A DNA stretch of 64,000 nucleotides, from NCBI GenBank assembly GCA_963674785.1, contig OY771555.1, positions 672,001 through 736,000 on the forward strand. Direction: 5' to 3'. The DNA comes from Caldisericia bacterium (GTDB lineage Bacteria; Caldisericota; Caldisericia; JAAYUI01). Numbering within the stretch: the first letter of the stretch is position 1; each line of letters starts with the position of its first letter. The translations under genes were made by a program, and so were the position numbers. Below, in pieces: positions 50,209 to 60,529 of the stretch. The notes beneath the pieces were generated by a model. That model was not told the DNA's origin and did not search any database. It saw nothing but the letters and a program-made list of their open reading frames with translations.

Positions 50209-51018
50209 ATGGGAAAAGATTTATTCGATCCATTTGAGGATGAAGAGGTCATTGAAGAAACATTGACCGATGATGATAAAAAAGAACAACCAAGAAAGCA
50301 CTGGGGAAAGATTATCATTGCAGCAGTTATAATCCTGGTCTGTCTGGGGCTTGTTGTAAACTATATCATTGGCAGGGGCACCTTCAGGCAGTCGCAGGTC
50401 GGAAGGACAATTTTCAGGACAAATCACACAAAAGATGGCAAGCGATACCTTGTAAACCCTGAGCTTCCCGGTGGATACGAGGTTGTTGACCTTGCTATCA
50501 AAGAAACCCAGTTCGAAAAAAGAAGAATATCAAAAGACGGTGTACAGATTGAAATGGTTGTGAGTGTCAGCTACTGGCCAAATCAGAACTATCTCGATTA
50601 TCAATATAAACATCACAGAGCTACATCAGACGGAAAGTTTGATATAGACAAGATAGCAAGAGACTTTGTTTTGGATAATCTCAGCGCATTTATCTCAAAC
50701 CACGATTCATCATGGTTGCTTGAAAACTCAAGCGAGATGCAGGAAGAAATCCAGAAACTTTTTGATGAAAAAACAAAAAAGGCTTTTGTGTTTGAATACT
50801 TTGGCGCAGGCAGGAATGAGAGACTTGTGGAATATTGTGAGCTTTCCAAGGTTGATATTGTGGATTCTCTTGAAACAAAGATGTTTGAGAGGAACAAGTG
50901 GGGCAATCATGCTTACCTGATTGAGAGTACTGATGATTACAAGAAATACTATATTATCGATGATTTTATAAGAATAGGATCAGTAAAAGCCAACAAAATA
51001 AAGAGGATAAAATGGTAG
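50209..51018 (+). CDS. SPFH paralog 3 (with insert, no coiled coil)
   Basis: TM, SKDGVQIEMVVSVSY core strand. Confidence 0.7.
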   Translation: MGKDLFDPFEDEEVIEETLTDDDKKEQPRKHWGKIIIAAVIILVCLGLVVNYIIGRGTFRQSQVGRTIFRTNHTKDGKRYLVNPELPGGYEVVDLAIKETQFEKRRISKDGVQIEMVVSVSYWPNQNYLDYQYKHHRATSDGKFDIDKIARDFVLDNLSAFISNHDSSWLLENSSEMQEEIQKLFDEKTKKAFVFEYFGAGRNERLVEYCELSKVDIVDSLETKMFERNKWGNHAYLIESTDDYKKYYIIDDFIRIGSVKANKIKRIKW

Positions 51019-51785
51019 AAAAAGCAAACCAAACATTAAAAAACAAAAGAAAAGGTACAGATAGACCTATTGAAAAAATTGCATTGGCGCTTTTTATTGT
51101 GTTTCTGATTATTTCAGCACTTCTGTTCATCAGATCAACAGTAATCGAGATAAAAGAAGGTGTAGTTGGCTTGGTGCAATATCACAATGGAAACAGAGAA
51201 ATCCTTTATACAGGTAGACACTATGTTGGCTCTGAAAAAACCAATATAAGGTTATACTCCACAGAAAAACGGACTCTTGAGACAAGCGTATCAGTTGATA
51301 ATGGAGATTCAAAGAAGGCTGATATTCTCATAAAAGCATACTACGCTCTTGATTTAGAGTATGTTAAGAGTTTTTATGGCAGATTCAGAGGGATGGAAGA
51401 AATTGAGGATTGCCTTCGAGTTAAGCTGGAAACGTTTGTAAAATCATTCTATTTTGATGAAGTTGAAAATGTAGATATTGAATCAAAAAAAGACGAAATA
51501 TTGAACAAATTCTCAAACGCCCTGAATGAAGATCTCAAACAAATTATCATCCTTGAGAGGTTTGATGATGATGAAAAATTCTCGATGTCGGCATCTGCAA
51601 TTATCGATAAAGATGACCCTGATATCCCAAAAGTTCTGCAGAAAATAACAACGGAAGTTGATGACGACACGATGGATGTGTTTGTAATTGATGAACATGA
51701 GGATGGGTATATCAGCAAGGTAGGTTTCTATGGTGATATCTTCACAATTTTGGATATCAATGTGAATGAAGTATCTGGGAAGTAG
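51012..51785 (+). CDS. SPFH paralog 4 (with insert, no coiled coil)
   Basis: TM, IKEGVVGLV..LYTGRHY. Confidence 0.7.
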   Translation: MVEKANQTLKNKRKGTDRPIEKIALALFIVFLIISALLFIRSTVIEIKEGVVGLVQYHNGNREILYTGRHYVGSEKTNIRLYSTEKRTLETSVSVDNGDSKKADILIKAYYALDLEYVKSFYGRFRGMEEIEDCLRVKLETFVKSFYFDEVENVDIESKKDEILNKFSNALNEDLKQIIILERFDDDEKFSMSASAIIDKDDPDIPKVLQKITTEVDDDTMDVFVIDEHEDGYISKVGFYGDIFTILDINVNEVSGK

Positions 51786-51790
51786 GGCTC

Positions 51791-52021
51791 ATGAACAAAT
51801 ACCTAAAAGCAGTAATAATTTTTGTGCTGTGTTTCGTGGCACTCTTTTTGATTTTGAAATTGACATATAGACTTCCGAAGGAGTTTGAAAATATAAGAAT
51901 CTTTGACAAGCTTGGAGACTCACTTGATGAACTTGAAAACTCAAGCAACCGTGGGTTTGACGGATACGACTTTACTGAAGCACTCAAGGTGCTTGAAGGA
52001 ATGAATAAAGGAAATGACTGA
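51791..52021 (+). CDS. 76-aa membrane mini-protein (copy 1)
   Basis: TM + FDGYDFTEALKVLE; near-identical copy at 53565..53795 with mainly synonymous differences. Confidence 0.75.
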   Translation: MNKYLKAVIIFVLCFVALFLILKLTYRLPKEFENIRIFDKLGDSLDELENSSNRGFDGYDFTEALKVLEGMNKGND

Positions 52022-52796
52022 AGAATTTGACCCATTCGAAAAAACACAAACCGTCAAAAGAAAAAGTGCAACTCAAACATATATCATTCTTGTTGCAATT
52101 CTTGTCATTGTTTCATTAGTCACCAGCACTGTTTTTATTGTAAAAATACCGGAGGGTGAGATGGGTTTAATATTAAAAAATGGATATCCCATCTACACAA
52201 TTGAATCCGGTTCGAGTTTCGTAAATCCATTATATCGAGTAGTTAGATTTGAAGTCGAAACTCAAAGATTTTCATCAAGAATCGTAAAAAAACTGTCTGA
52301 TGGGACTCAATTGCTATTTGATTTTGATATTGATTACAAAGTAAACACAGAATACTTAGCAGATATTTTTTTAGAAATGGAAAAAGAAAACACTAAAATA
52401 GACAGCTATATTGAAGAAGGTTTTGATGAAATATTGGAAAAAGTATTTGATGAGTTTTCAGATGATAATTATGTAAACAGCATCGAAGAAATTGAAAATA
52501 GCCTCGAGGAAAGACTGCATGAGTTTTCAAAAAGAGTCGCCAACAAAAGATTTTACTTCATTGATGAACCTTTCTCGATTTCACATCTCTCCAAGCCAAG
52601 CGAGACCAATAGAAGTTGCACTGAGAGGATTGTTGAAGTAGATATGTTTGGAAAACTGAGAAAGGCATATGAACTAAGATGTAATAAAAGCACAGCTCAA
52701 TACTATTATTTTGATTATATAATCAAAGATATCCATGTGAAGATTAATCAAGATTACAGTTTAAATTCCACCCGTTTTTGGAAGAGCCAAAAATGA
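52014..52796 (+). CDS. SPFH paralog 5 (with insert)
   Basis: TM, IPEGEMGLI..GSSFVNP, SDGTQLLFDFDIDY. Confidence 0.75.
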   Translation: MTEEFDPFEKTQTVKRKSATQTYIILVAILVIVSLVTSTVFIVKIPEGEMGLILKNGYPIYTIESGSSFVNPLYRVVRFEVETQRFSSRIVKKLSDGTQLLFDFDIDYKVNTEYLADIFLEMEKENTKIDSYIEEGFDEILEKVFDEFSDDNYVNSIEEIENSLEERLHEFSKRVANKRFYFIDEPFSISHLSKPSETNRSCTERIVEVDMFGKLRKAYELRCNKSTAQYYYFDYIIKDIHVKINQDYSLNSTRFWKSQK

Positions 52797-53563
52797 CAAA
52801 ACCAGGGAATCCTGTTAAAGCAATTGTTATTTGGTCACTAGTGATATTTTTTTGTATTGGTGGATTTATCTATTTCAGTCTTGAGGGAGTCCCAGAGGGA
52901 TACAGGGGGCTTGTGGTTGCAAAATCAAATGACAGCGTAATAAGGATTCTTGAGCCGGGATTGCATTTTGTGTGGCCATTTGGACGTAATGTTTTTGATG
53001 TTGACATGAGAATGAAGAATGATTCATATTCGGTTGTCGCGAAAACAAAAGATAAAGAAGAGATATATGTTACAATTGGGATTAAAAGATCAATCAACCC
53101 TAATTATTATGAGTTATACTATCAAAGATATGTTAGCATGGAATCAGCAGAAATCATCTATCATGATGTGTGGTTCAAAATCTCGAATGCTACTGAAAGA
53201 GTTTTTAGGAACTATGATTTCAATTTGTTAAGCGACCCACAAATAAAAGAGGAAATTGAAAATAAAATCCTGAAACTCACCAATGAAGAATTTGAATGTG
53301 CAATGGTTTTTGTCGATACAAAACATGAAGATGCAAAAGTTGTGCAAGTATTAGATACTGCTGAAGCGAATATCTCAAGGGCAATTTATTCGGACACAAG
53401 AGAGATTTTTGGTGAGAGAAAAGAAGCTTACGTGCTTGAAACAATTGGCTCATCTTACGAAAAGTTTTTTGTCTTTGATAATATTGTAATTATCAATGCT
53501 GCAGAGATAACCAAGATTGAGCTTTATGATGAGCTGAGAAATAAAACTGGGATTGAGGACTAA
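52793..53563 (+). CDS. SPFH paralog 6 (with insert)
   Basis: ATGA overlap; TM, VPEGYRGLVV..PGLHFVWPF, TKDKEEIYV. Confidence 0.8.
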   Translation: MTKPGNPVKAIVIWSLVIFFCIGGFIYFSLEGVPEGYRGLVVAKSNDSVIRILEPGLHFVWPFGRNVFDVDMRMKNDSYSVVAKTKDKEEIYVTIGIKRSINPNYYELYYQRYVSMESAEIIYHDVWFKISNATERVFRNYDFNLLSDPQIKEEIENKILKLTNEEFECAMVFVDTKHEDAKVVQVLDTAEANISRAIYSDTREIFGERKEAYVLETIGSSYEKFFVFDNIVIINAAEITKIELYDELRNKTGIED

Positions 53564-53564
53564 C

Positions 53565-53795
53565 ATGAACAAATACCTAAAAGCAGTCATAATTTTTGTG
53601 CTGTGTTTCGTGGCACTCTTTTTGATTTTGAAGTTGACATACAAGCTTCCGAAGGAGTTTGAAAATATAAGAATCTTTGACAAGCTTGGAGACTCACTTG
53701 ATGAACTTGAAAACTCAAGCAACACAAGATTTGATGGGTATGATTTTACTGAAGCACTCAAGGTGCTTGAAGGAATGAATAAAGGAAATGACTGA
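53565..53795 (+). CDS. 76-aa membrane mini-protein (copy 2)
   Basis: Duplicate of 51791..52021. Confidence 0.75.
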   Translation: MNKYLKAVIIFVLCFVALFLILKLTYKLPKEFENIRIFDKLGDSLDELENSSNTRFDGYDFTEALKVLEGMNKGND

Positions 53796-53997
53796 AGAAT
53801 TTGAACTGTTTGAGGAGGCAGGGAATAAATCTCACACTGGATTGAAGATATTTTTTGTGTTGGTTGTTTTGGTAGTGGCTGTGATTTTTATTGTCTCAAT
53901 CTTCAAAAATGCGACAGCAACAAAGAATTCTCATCCTTTCGATTATGATTTTACAGAGAGAATCGAAAAAATCTTAGAGGAGTTTGAAAACAAATGA
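53788..53997 (+). CDS. 69-aa mini-SPFH derivative (N-terminal motif + TM + C-terminal helix only)
   Basis: MTEEFELFE start like paralog 5; DFTERIEKILEEFENK end resembles paralog 2 DFYKRIEK..VLEEYEQK. Confidence 0.65.
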   Translation: MTEEFELFEEAGNKSHTGLKIFFVLVVLVVAVIFIVSIFKNATATKNSHPFDYDFTERIEKILEEFENK

Positions 53998-55031
53998 AAA
54001 TCGAAAAACTAGACATACCAAATCTGACAGAAATCGAATGGCAAGAGCTTTATGATTTTACGGCTGAACTATTTGCTGAGCTCTATCCCCATGAATCTAG
54101 TATATCTTTGGATTATGTAAAGAGGATTTTTAGTGAAACCTATGATGATACAGTTTGTGAACAGTATGTCACAAAAAAAGATGATAAGATTATCGCAAAA
54201 GTCAGATTTGCTTTCACAAAACCAAATGCACTCACAAAGGAAGGTGATATCGACAATGTTTTTATTGATATAAGAGTTAGAAAAGATTACAGAAGAAAAG
54301 GATTTGCCACACATCTTCTTTCATATGTCTTGAAAGAAAAACTTCATGAAAGGCATAAAAAAATATATCTTTCTGCAAGTGGAAGTCCGGGATATGAGTT
54401 TTGTGCAAGTTTTGATGGCAATATTTCTGGTGAGAGTTTTTCAAGCAGACTCTTCTTTGATAAAACCGACTGGGAAAATATCGAGAAAATAAACTCTAAA
54501 TCCAAAGAAAAATCACATGAAATCACGGCTATTGTTACTGATGGAGTAAACAGGGAGTCTGAATCCGAATACTTTGATATTTACTTAGAGATGTTTGAGG
54601 AACTGTCAAAATATAGAGAGGATGACCATTTCAATAAAGAACTCACCAGAAAACGGCTCAAGGAGGATAAAGAAAAAGAGAAAAAGGAAGGCATAAAATG
54701 TTTTGTGTCCTGGGCAAGAGATGAAAATGGAAACCTTATTGGAATATCAGAACTTTTATTATCTCCTGACAATCCAAAAAAACTTACCACCTCTTTGACA
54801 GGTGTTACCAAAAAACATAGAAAAAAAGGTCTCTGTTTGCGCATGAAAACAGACTTACTTCTTTACGCAAAAAAGAATTTGCCTGAAGTAAAATATGTTT
54901 GGACATCAAATGACAAAGACAATGCAGTGATGAGGGGGATCAACCACAAGCTTGGGTTCGTAGCAGAAAATCCTTACAGGGCATATGTATATAAAACTGA
55001 AGAGATGAAAAAGAAACTGGGAATCTTATGA
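53994..55031 (+). CDS. Tandem-domain GNAT acetyltransferase 1
   Basis: VRKDYRRKGFAT and TGVTKKHRKKGL...N..MRGINHKLGF motifs. Confidence 0.9.
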   Translation: MKIEKLDIPNLTEIEWQELYDFTAELFAELYPHESSISLDYVKRIFSETYDDTVCEQYVTKKDDKIIAKVRFAFTKPNALTKEGDIDNVFIDIRVRKDYRRKGFATHLLSYVLKEKLHERHKKIYLSASGSPGYEFCASFDGNISGESFSSRLFFDKTDWENIEKINSKSKEKSHEITAIVTDGVNRESESEYFDIYLEMFEELSKYREDDHFNKELTRKRLKEDKEKEKKEGIKCFVSWARDENGNLIGISELLLSPDNPKKLTTSLTGVTKKHRKKGLCLRMKTDLLLYAKKNLPEVKYVWTSNDKDNAVMRGINHKLGFVAENPYRAYVYKTEEMKKKLGIL

Positions 55032-56065
55032 ACATTGAAAAACTAGACATACCAAAACTATCAGAATTAGAATGGCAAGAGCTTTATGATTTTACGGCGG
55101 AATTATTTGCTGAGCTTTTCCCGGGCGAGACAAATATAAACCTGGACTATGTAAAACGGGTTTTCAATGATACTCATGATGATTTTGTTAATGACCACTA
55201 CATAATAAAAGAAGGAAACAAGATTATTGCCAAAGCGAGGTTTTCCTATGCCAAACCAACCTCATTAACAAAAGAAACTGATACCGATAATGTCAACATT
55301 GATATCAGGGTCAGAAAACAGTATCGAAGGAAAAAGCTTGCTACAGGGCTACTCTCATATCTGTTGATGAATCAATTTCTCGGAAGACATAAGAGGGTTT
55401 ATCTTTCTGCAAGTGGAAGTCCTGGATATGAATTTTGTGATAATTTTGATGGCAAGGTAACGTTTGAAAGTTTCGAAAGCAAACTCTTTTTTGACAAAGC
55501 TGACTGGGCAAATATTGAAAATCTTAATAGTCAAGCGAAGGAAAAATCAAAAGAGATGACAGTTGAAATCACAGAAGATATAAATCCCGAAAATGAATCT
55601 GAATATTTCAATATTTTCTGTGATATGTTTGAGGAGCTCTCAAAAAATCATGTAGACTGGATATTCAATCGAGAGTATACAATGAACAATCTTCGTGAGT
55701 CTAGAAAAAAGGAAAAGGCTGATGGTATAAAAACACTTATTGCATGGACAAGAGACAAAAAAGGTAGGTTGATAGGGATTTCCGAGCTTATATTTTCTCA
55801 GGATAGAAAAGAAAAGCTTATCACTTCACTTTCTGGTGTTGTGAAGGAACATCGAAAAAAAGGCCTCTGTATGCGTATGAAAACGGATTTGCTTCTTTAT
55901 GCAACAAAGTATTTGCCTGATGCAAAGTTTGTGTGGACAGAAAATGATAAAGGCAATGATTCTATGAGGGGAATAAATGCTAAACTTGGATTTGTGCCGG
56001 ATGAGCCATCTAGATCATATCTTTACAAAACTGATGAGCTGAAAAAGAAACTGGGAATCTTATGA
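55028..56065 (+). CDS. Tandem-domain GNAT acetyltransferase 2
   Basis: Colinear paralog, ATGA overlap. Confidence 0.9.
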   Translation: MNIEKLDIPKLSELEWQELYDFTAELFAELFPGETNINLDYVKRVFNDTHDDFVNDHYIIKEGNKIIAKARFSYAKPTSLTKETDTDNVNIDIRVRKQYRRKKLATGLLSYLLMNQFLGRHKRVYLSASGSPGYEFCDNFDGKVTFESFESKLFFDKADWANIENLNSQAKEKSKEMTVEITEDINPENESEYFNIFCDMFEELSKNHVDWIFNREYTMNNLRESRKKEKADGIKTLIAWTRDKKGRLIGISELIFSQDRKEKLITSLSGVVKEHRKKGLCMRMKTDLLLYATKYLPDAKFVWTENDKGNDSMRGINAKLGFVPDEPSRSYLYKTDELKKKLGIL

Positions 56066-57105
56066 ACATTGAAAAACTAGATATTCCAAATCTGACTGAA
56101 AATGAATGGAATGAGTTGCATGATTTCACAGCTGAATTGTTTGCTGAATTTTATCCACACCAATCAAAAGTGACACTTGAATATGTGAAAGAGATTTTTA
56201 AAGAGTCTTCAAAGGACTCTTTTGCTGAACACTTTGTGGTAATGGATGGATACAATAAAATTATTGCCAAAGCGAGGTTTTCATACGCAAAACCAAGCCC
56301 TGAAACAAAAGAAAGCGACTTAGATAATGTTTTTATTGATTTCAGGGTGAGGAAACCATACAGAAGGAAGAAGCTTGCAACAGAACTTCTTTCATACCTA
56401 TTGAAAAATGAGATACTTGAAAGACACACAAGAATTCGACTTTCTGCGGGTGGGAGTCCGGGATATGAGTTTTGTGAAAGCTTTGGTGGCAAGATAACAA
56501 GTGAAAAATATGAAAGCAGTTTCTTTTTTGACGAAGCTGATTGGGAAAAAATTGAAAACCTCAACAGTGAAGCAAGAGAGAAATCAAGTGATGTTTCAGT
56601 TGTTATCACCGATGGACTTAGTAAAGAGGATGAAGCTGAATATTACGACATCTACCTGAACATGGAAGAAGAGATATTGTCAAAATATGATAAAAGTCGG
56701 GTTTTCAATAGAGACCTTATGAAAAAGGAATTTATCGAATCAAAAAAAAGCAAGGAAGCTTTGGGAATAAAATCCCTCATTGCTTGGGCAAGAGATGACT
56801 CTGGAAAGCTTGTAGGACTCTCTGAGATTTTTTCCTATCCTGATAACCCCAAGAAATTCTCAACTGATCTTACTGGTGTCATAAAAGAACACAGAAAAAA
56901 AGGGTTGTCTATACGTATGAAGACTGAGTTGCTACTTCACGTAAAGAAAAACTTCCCTCATGTAAAGTTTATTGTGACATTCAATGACAAAGACAATGCT
57001 GTGATGAGGGGAATAAATACTAAACTTGGATTTGTGCCAGATGAGCCAACCAGATCATTTCTTTACAAAACTGATGAGCTGAAAAAGAAACTGGGGATAA
57101 TATGA
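56062..57105 (+). CDS. Tandem-domain GNAT acetyltransferase 3
   Basis: Colinear paralog, ATGA overlap. Confidence 0.9.
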   Translation: MNIEKLDIPNLTENEWNELHDFTAELFAEFYPHQSKVTLEYVKEIFKESSKDSFAEHFVVMDGYNKIIAKARFSYAKPSPETKESDLDNVFIDFRVRKPYRRKKLATELLSYLLKNEILERHTRIRLSAGGSPGYEFCESFGGKITSEKYESSFFFDEADWEKIENLNSEAREKSSDVSVVITDGLSKEDEAEYYDIYLNMEEEILSKYDKSRVFNRDLMKKEFIESKKSKEALGIKSLIAWARDDSGKLVGLSEIFSYPDNPKKFSTDLTGVIKEHRKKGLSIRMKTELLLHVKKNFPHVKFIVTFNDKDNAVMRGINTKLGFVPDEPTRSFLYKTDELKKKLGII

Positions 57106-58136
57106 AAATTGAAAAAATAGTACTCGATAAAATGACAGAAAATAAATGGATTGAAATCCATGAATTCACAATAGAGATTTTTTCTGAACTCTGTCCCTAT
57201 TTGCCTACTCCATCCCTAAGAATAGTCAAAAAGGATATGGGTGGACTTCATGATTCAAAGATGAGTAATCATTTCATAATCAGGGATGATAATGGTGTTG
57301 TTGCAAAATCCAGGATTGATTACATGAAGAATTCACCTGATTTGACAGATAATGAGCTTTCATGGGCATCGGTTGATATAAGGGTCAGAAAAGATAGAAG
57401 GAGAGAGGGTCTTGCAACCTTTATGCTTTCAGATCTCCTTAAAAACGAAATATTGCCAAGACACAAAGATATATACATCTGGGCAAAGATAGAACCTGGC
57501 AGGGCTTTTCAACAGAGTTTGGGCGGAAATATCGAAAGAGAAATTTTATCTAGTCATCTTTTGTTTGATAATATAGATTGGAAAAAGATTTCTGAGATTA
57601 ATAAAAGTGCTTTTGAGAAATCATCCGATATTTCTGTGAATATCACAGAGGGGATTTCTGAAGGAATTGAATCCGAATATTTAAACCTCTTGGCTGATTT
57701 GACTGAGGAACTTTCGAAGTATATGGAGTCATGGGATTTCAATCGAGAGTTATTCATCGCTGAGAATAAGAAATGGATGAAAAAAAGAGCTGAGTTGGGG
57801 TTCAAGTCAATTGTTGCCTGGGTAAAAAACCCTGATGGAAAACTTATTGGTTTTTCAGAAGTTACACAAGGAGAAGAATTTCCCGGAAGGGTTGGCACAA
57901 GGATGACTGGAGTTTCCAAGGAATATAGGGGCATGGGTTTATGTTTGTGGATGAAAACTGATTTGTTATTTTATCTTAGAGAAAACCACCCAGAGATAAC
58001 ACTCATGGACACAGACAACGATGGTGACAACAAAGCGATCAGAGGCATCAATGACCAGCTAGGTTTCGTACCTGAAAAACCTTCGGTTTCTTATAAATAT
58101 GATGTCACTGAACTTAGGAAGAGATTGGGTTTGTAA
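57102..58136 (+). CDS. Tandem-domain GNAT acetyltransferase 4 (most divergent)
   Basis: RRREGLAT; TGVSKEYRGMGL; ATGA overlap. Confidence 0.9.
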   Translation: MKIEKIVLDKMTENKWIEIHEFTIEIFSELCPYLPTPSLRIVKKDMGGLHDSKMSNHFIIRDDNGVVAKSRIDYMKNSPDLTDNELSWASVDIRVRKDRRREGLATFMLSDLLKNEILPRHKDIYIWAKIEPGRAFQQSLGGNIEREILSSHLLFDNIDWKKISEINKSAFEKSSDISVNITEGISEGIESEYLNLLADLTEELSKYMESWDFNRELFIAENKKWMKKRAELGFKSIVAWVKNPDGKLIGFSEVTQGEEFPGRVGTRMTGVSKEYRGMGLCLWMKTDLLFYLRENHPEITLMDTDNDGDNKAIRGINDQLGFVPEKPSVSYKYDVTELRKRLGL

Positions 58137-58226
58137 ACGAATCTCCAGGCTTTATCCAGCATCTTAATCCAATTGAAATAATCTCATTTATTTATATAAT
58201 TCTTTTTATATTCAAGGAGGTTGGGA

Positions 58227-60256
58227 ATGGAAAACTTCAAGAAGAGTTTGATTTGTTTCGTGACTTTGATACTTGTTTTTTCGGTTGTTTCTTGCGGTGG
58301 CATCGAACATGCAAATACACCTAAATCAGACTCGAAAAATCATACTACGAAAGCTGAAACAAGAACTCTAATTTGCAATGAAATCATATTAGATATGAAT
58401 AAACAAGTTAGCAAAGTAAATAGTATGGTTTCAAAGAAAAAAAAGGAAATAACAAAACTCATTACTTTCAGCTGGAGCAAAGATGAAGAGGCAACAGAAA
58501 AAAGCATAACTTGTGGAGCAGGGAAAAAATTACCAGTGACTTTGTATATAACAAACAACTCAACTTACTTACTTGAATTTTCAGTTACACAGAGTGATCA
58601 ATCATCCTTTGTCGATGACAAATTTATCCTCGAACCATCGGAGAAAAGGGCTTGTGATATGTATATCACATTTAATCCAGCTGAAATGAGAGGTATTACA
58701 TTCCCAAAAAAAAGTAATGATGGTAAGTATAATTTCCCACAAATTGAATTCTGTGTGTTAGAAAACAAGCATATCAAAGGAACTCTTGATATTCCCCTTG
58801 TTCTCAATATCACAAGAAATGATATTACCGAGTTTCCTATACTATGGGAGAAGGAATTTCAATATCGACCTGACAAATTGTTTTTCTTCGATGATGTATT
58901 GGTGGTTGCAGCCGTCTCAGGTGGCTTTGGAGTCTGGGATACCTACACTCTTTTTGGGCTTGATAAAAATAATCATGAGATTCTGTGGCAATATCCAAAG
59001 GACAATGAAGAATATGGTGGTCCAGATATTGCTGAGTCAATCAGTATTTCAGGGTTTCACCAAACCAAAGATTTATTATATCTTTCAAGTAATGGGATAC
59101 ATGAAGACTGGTCAACGATTATCAGCCAATGTAATGGTGATTGTGAAGGTGGAAGCAAATATAAAATGATTTCACCAGTTAGTGGTGAGGTTACCTTTGA
59201 TATAGATGCAAAAGTTTCAAAAGAAATTGCAAAACTGAAATCTGGATTTTTTGGCTTTAGTCATGCAACTATTTTTCTTGAGGACACATCTCGTTGCGAA
59301 AATAAACTTGTAATTTTTGATATAAACACAGAAGATATTATTTTCGAACTTGACTTCGGATATACACCTGAGATCAACTATTATAATGGAGAGGAATGTG
59401 TAGAACTTGTAGACATGGTGCTTATAGATGATGGCTTTGTAACCCTTGAAGATATCACAACAAATGAACTTGATCCTCTTTATTCAATGAAACTTTTTGA
59501 TCTTTTAGGTAACATTAAAGCTGAGAAAAAGTTTAAAAAATCTGGTATACTTGATTACCAAAATGGAAATCTTTTATTTTTTGAGGGGGAGCTTTGGTAC
59601 AGAGAAATTGTCTTTGAAAAAACAGTACTATCAATAACCTATTCAACAATCCATGCTCAGTAAAAAGTCTAAACAAAAAAAATCTTGGACTGGAATGGGA
59701 GTATTCTTCTGAGAGAAAAAACTGGGGGTGTGATTTTTCAAAGAATTCAATGTACGCTGACATGGAATCCTGCTATCTTGTGTCTGCTTATAATGTAATC
59801 AACATGAAGACAGGGGAAAGCTTGTGGTACAAAGAAGAATCCAAAAATTCAGACAGCTTTGTTGTTGATATGGATAGCAAGGAAATTCACATCTTTACAA
59901 AAGGACATAATGAAATCGCTCATGATTTTGTAAATATTGAAACAGGTGAGATTCTAAAAACATTTGCTAATCCATCAAGTGTAGATTACTATTCAGACTA
60001 TCCAAACTATCATCACTTAATTGGTATTTGCTCAGACGGATATTTGATTAGAGATAACAAGTGGTATGACCCTGAAACATTTTTGCTGCTTGGAACAAAT
60101 TTTGATGCAGATGGAAACCCATCCATAGTTATCGACATAAAAGATGACCACTTATATTGCATGTATCCTCCTCTGGAAAATGAAGAGAGATATGGATATT
60201 CATACCCCTATTCATATCCCAAAAAAGGCAAGCTTGTCTGTAAGAAAATCGAATAA
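58227..60256 (+). pseudogene. Frameshifted PQQ-like beta-propeller lipoprotein (paralog of 2133/4270 genes)
   Basis: Lipobox VVSC; a -1 shift between 59617 and 59660 joins the 480-aa ORF to the frame reading SLNKKNLGLEW...WYDPETF...LVCKKIE. Confidence 0.8.
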
Positions 60257-60406
60257 TATCCATAGTTTAGATTTCGTATAAATTTCAAAAGTCGTGGATT
60301 CATCCCCGGCTTTTTTATGCCCTAGACCCCGGGCGGAGTACTGAGCTCGGATTATACTGAGTCTGCCGAAAGGTTGAAGTGTCAAGCCCCGGGTGACGGA
60401 GAGAGG

Positions 60407-60505
60407 AACCCCTGGTTGCAGCTGCGGCTGTGAAAGACAGGGGAAGGTGCTAGAAAGACTTAACCCTCCCTGATAGGGAGGGCTTTTTTGATTCGTCATT
60501 CCGTG
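60407..60505 (+). repeat. ~100 bp composite direct repeat flanking the GIY-YIG region (second copy 61043..61166)
   Basis: CCCTGGTT.CAGCTGC.G.TGTGAAAGACAGGGGAA..TGCTAGAAAGACTTAACCCTCCCTG...GGGAGGGCTTTTTTGATTCGTCATTCCGTG in both. Confidence 0.85.
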
Positions 60506-60529
60506 CCCACCACGGAATCCCACTACCAC

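Noticed and set aside
51791-53805. Diversity-generating retroelement template/variable repeat pair
   Set aside because: Differences are mostly synonymous and not adenine-specific; no reverse transcriptase in the window
59611-59630. Programmed -1 ribosomal frameshift in the split lipoprotein
   Set aside because: No in-frame X XXY YYZ slippery heptamer or clear downstream structure
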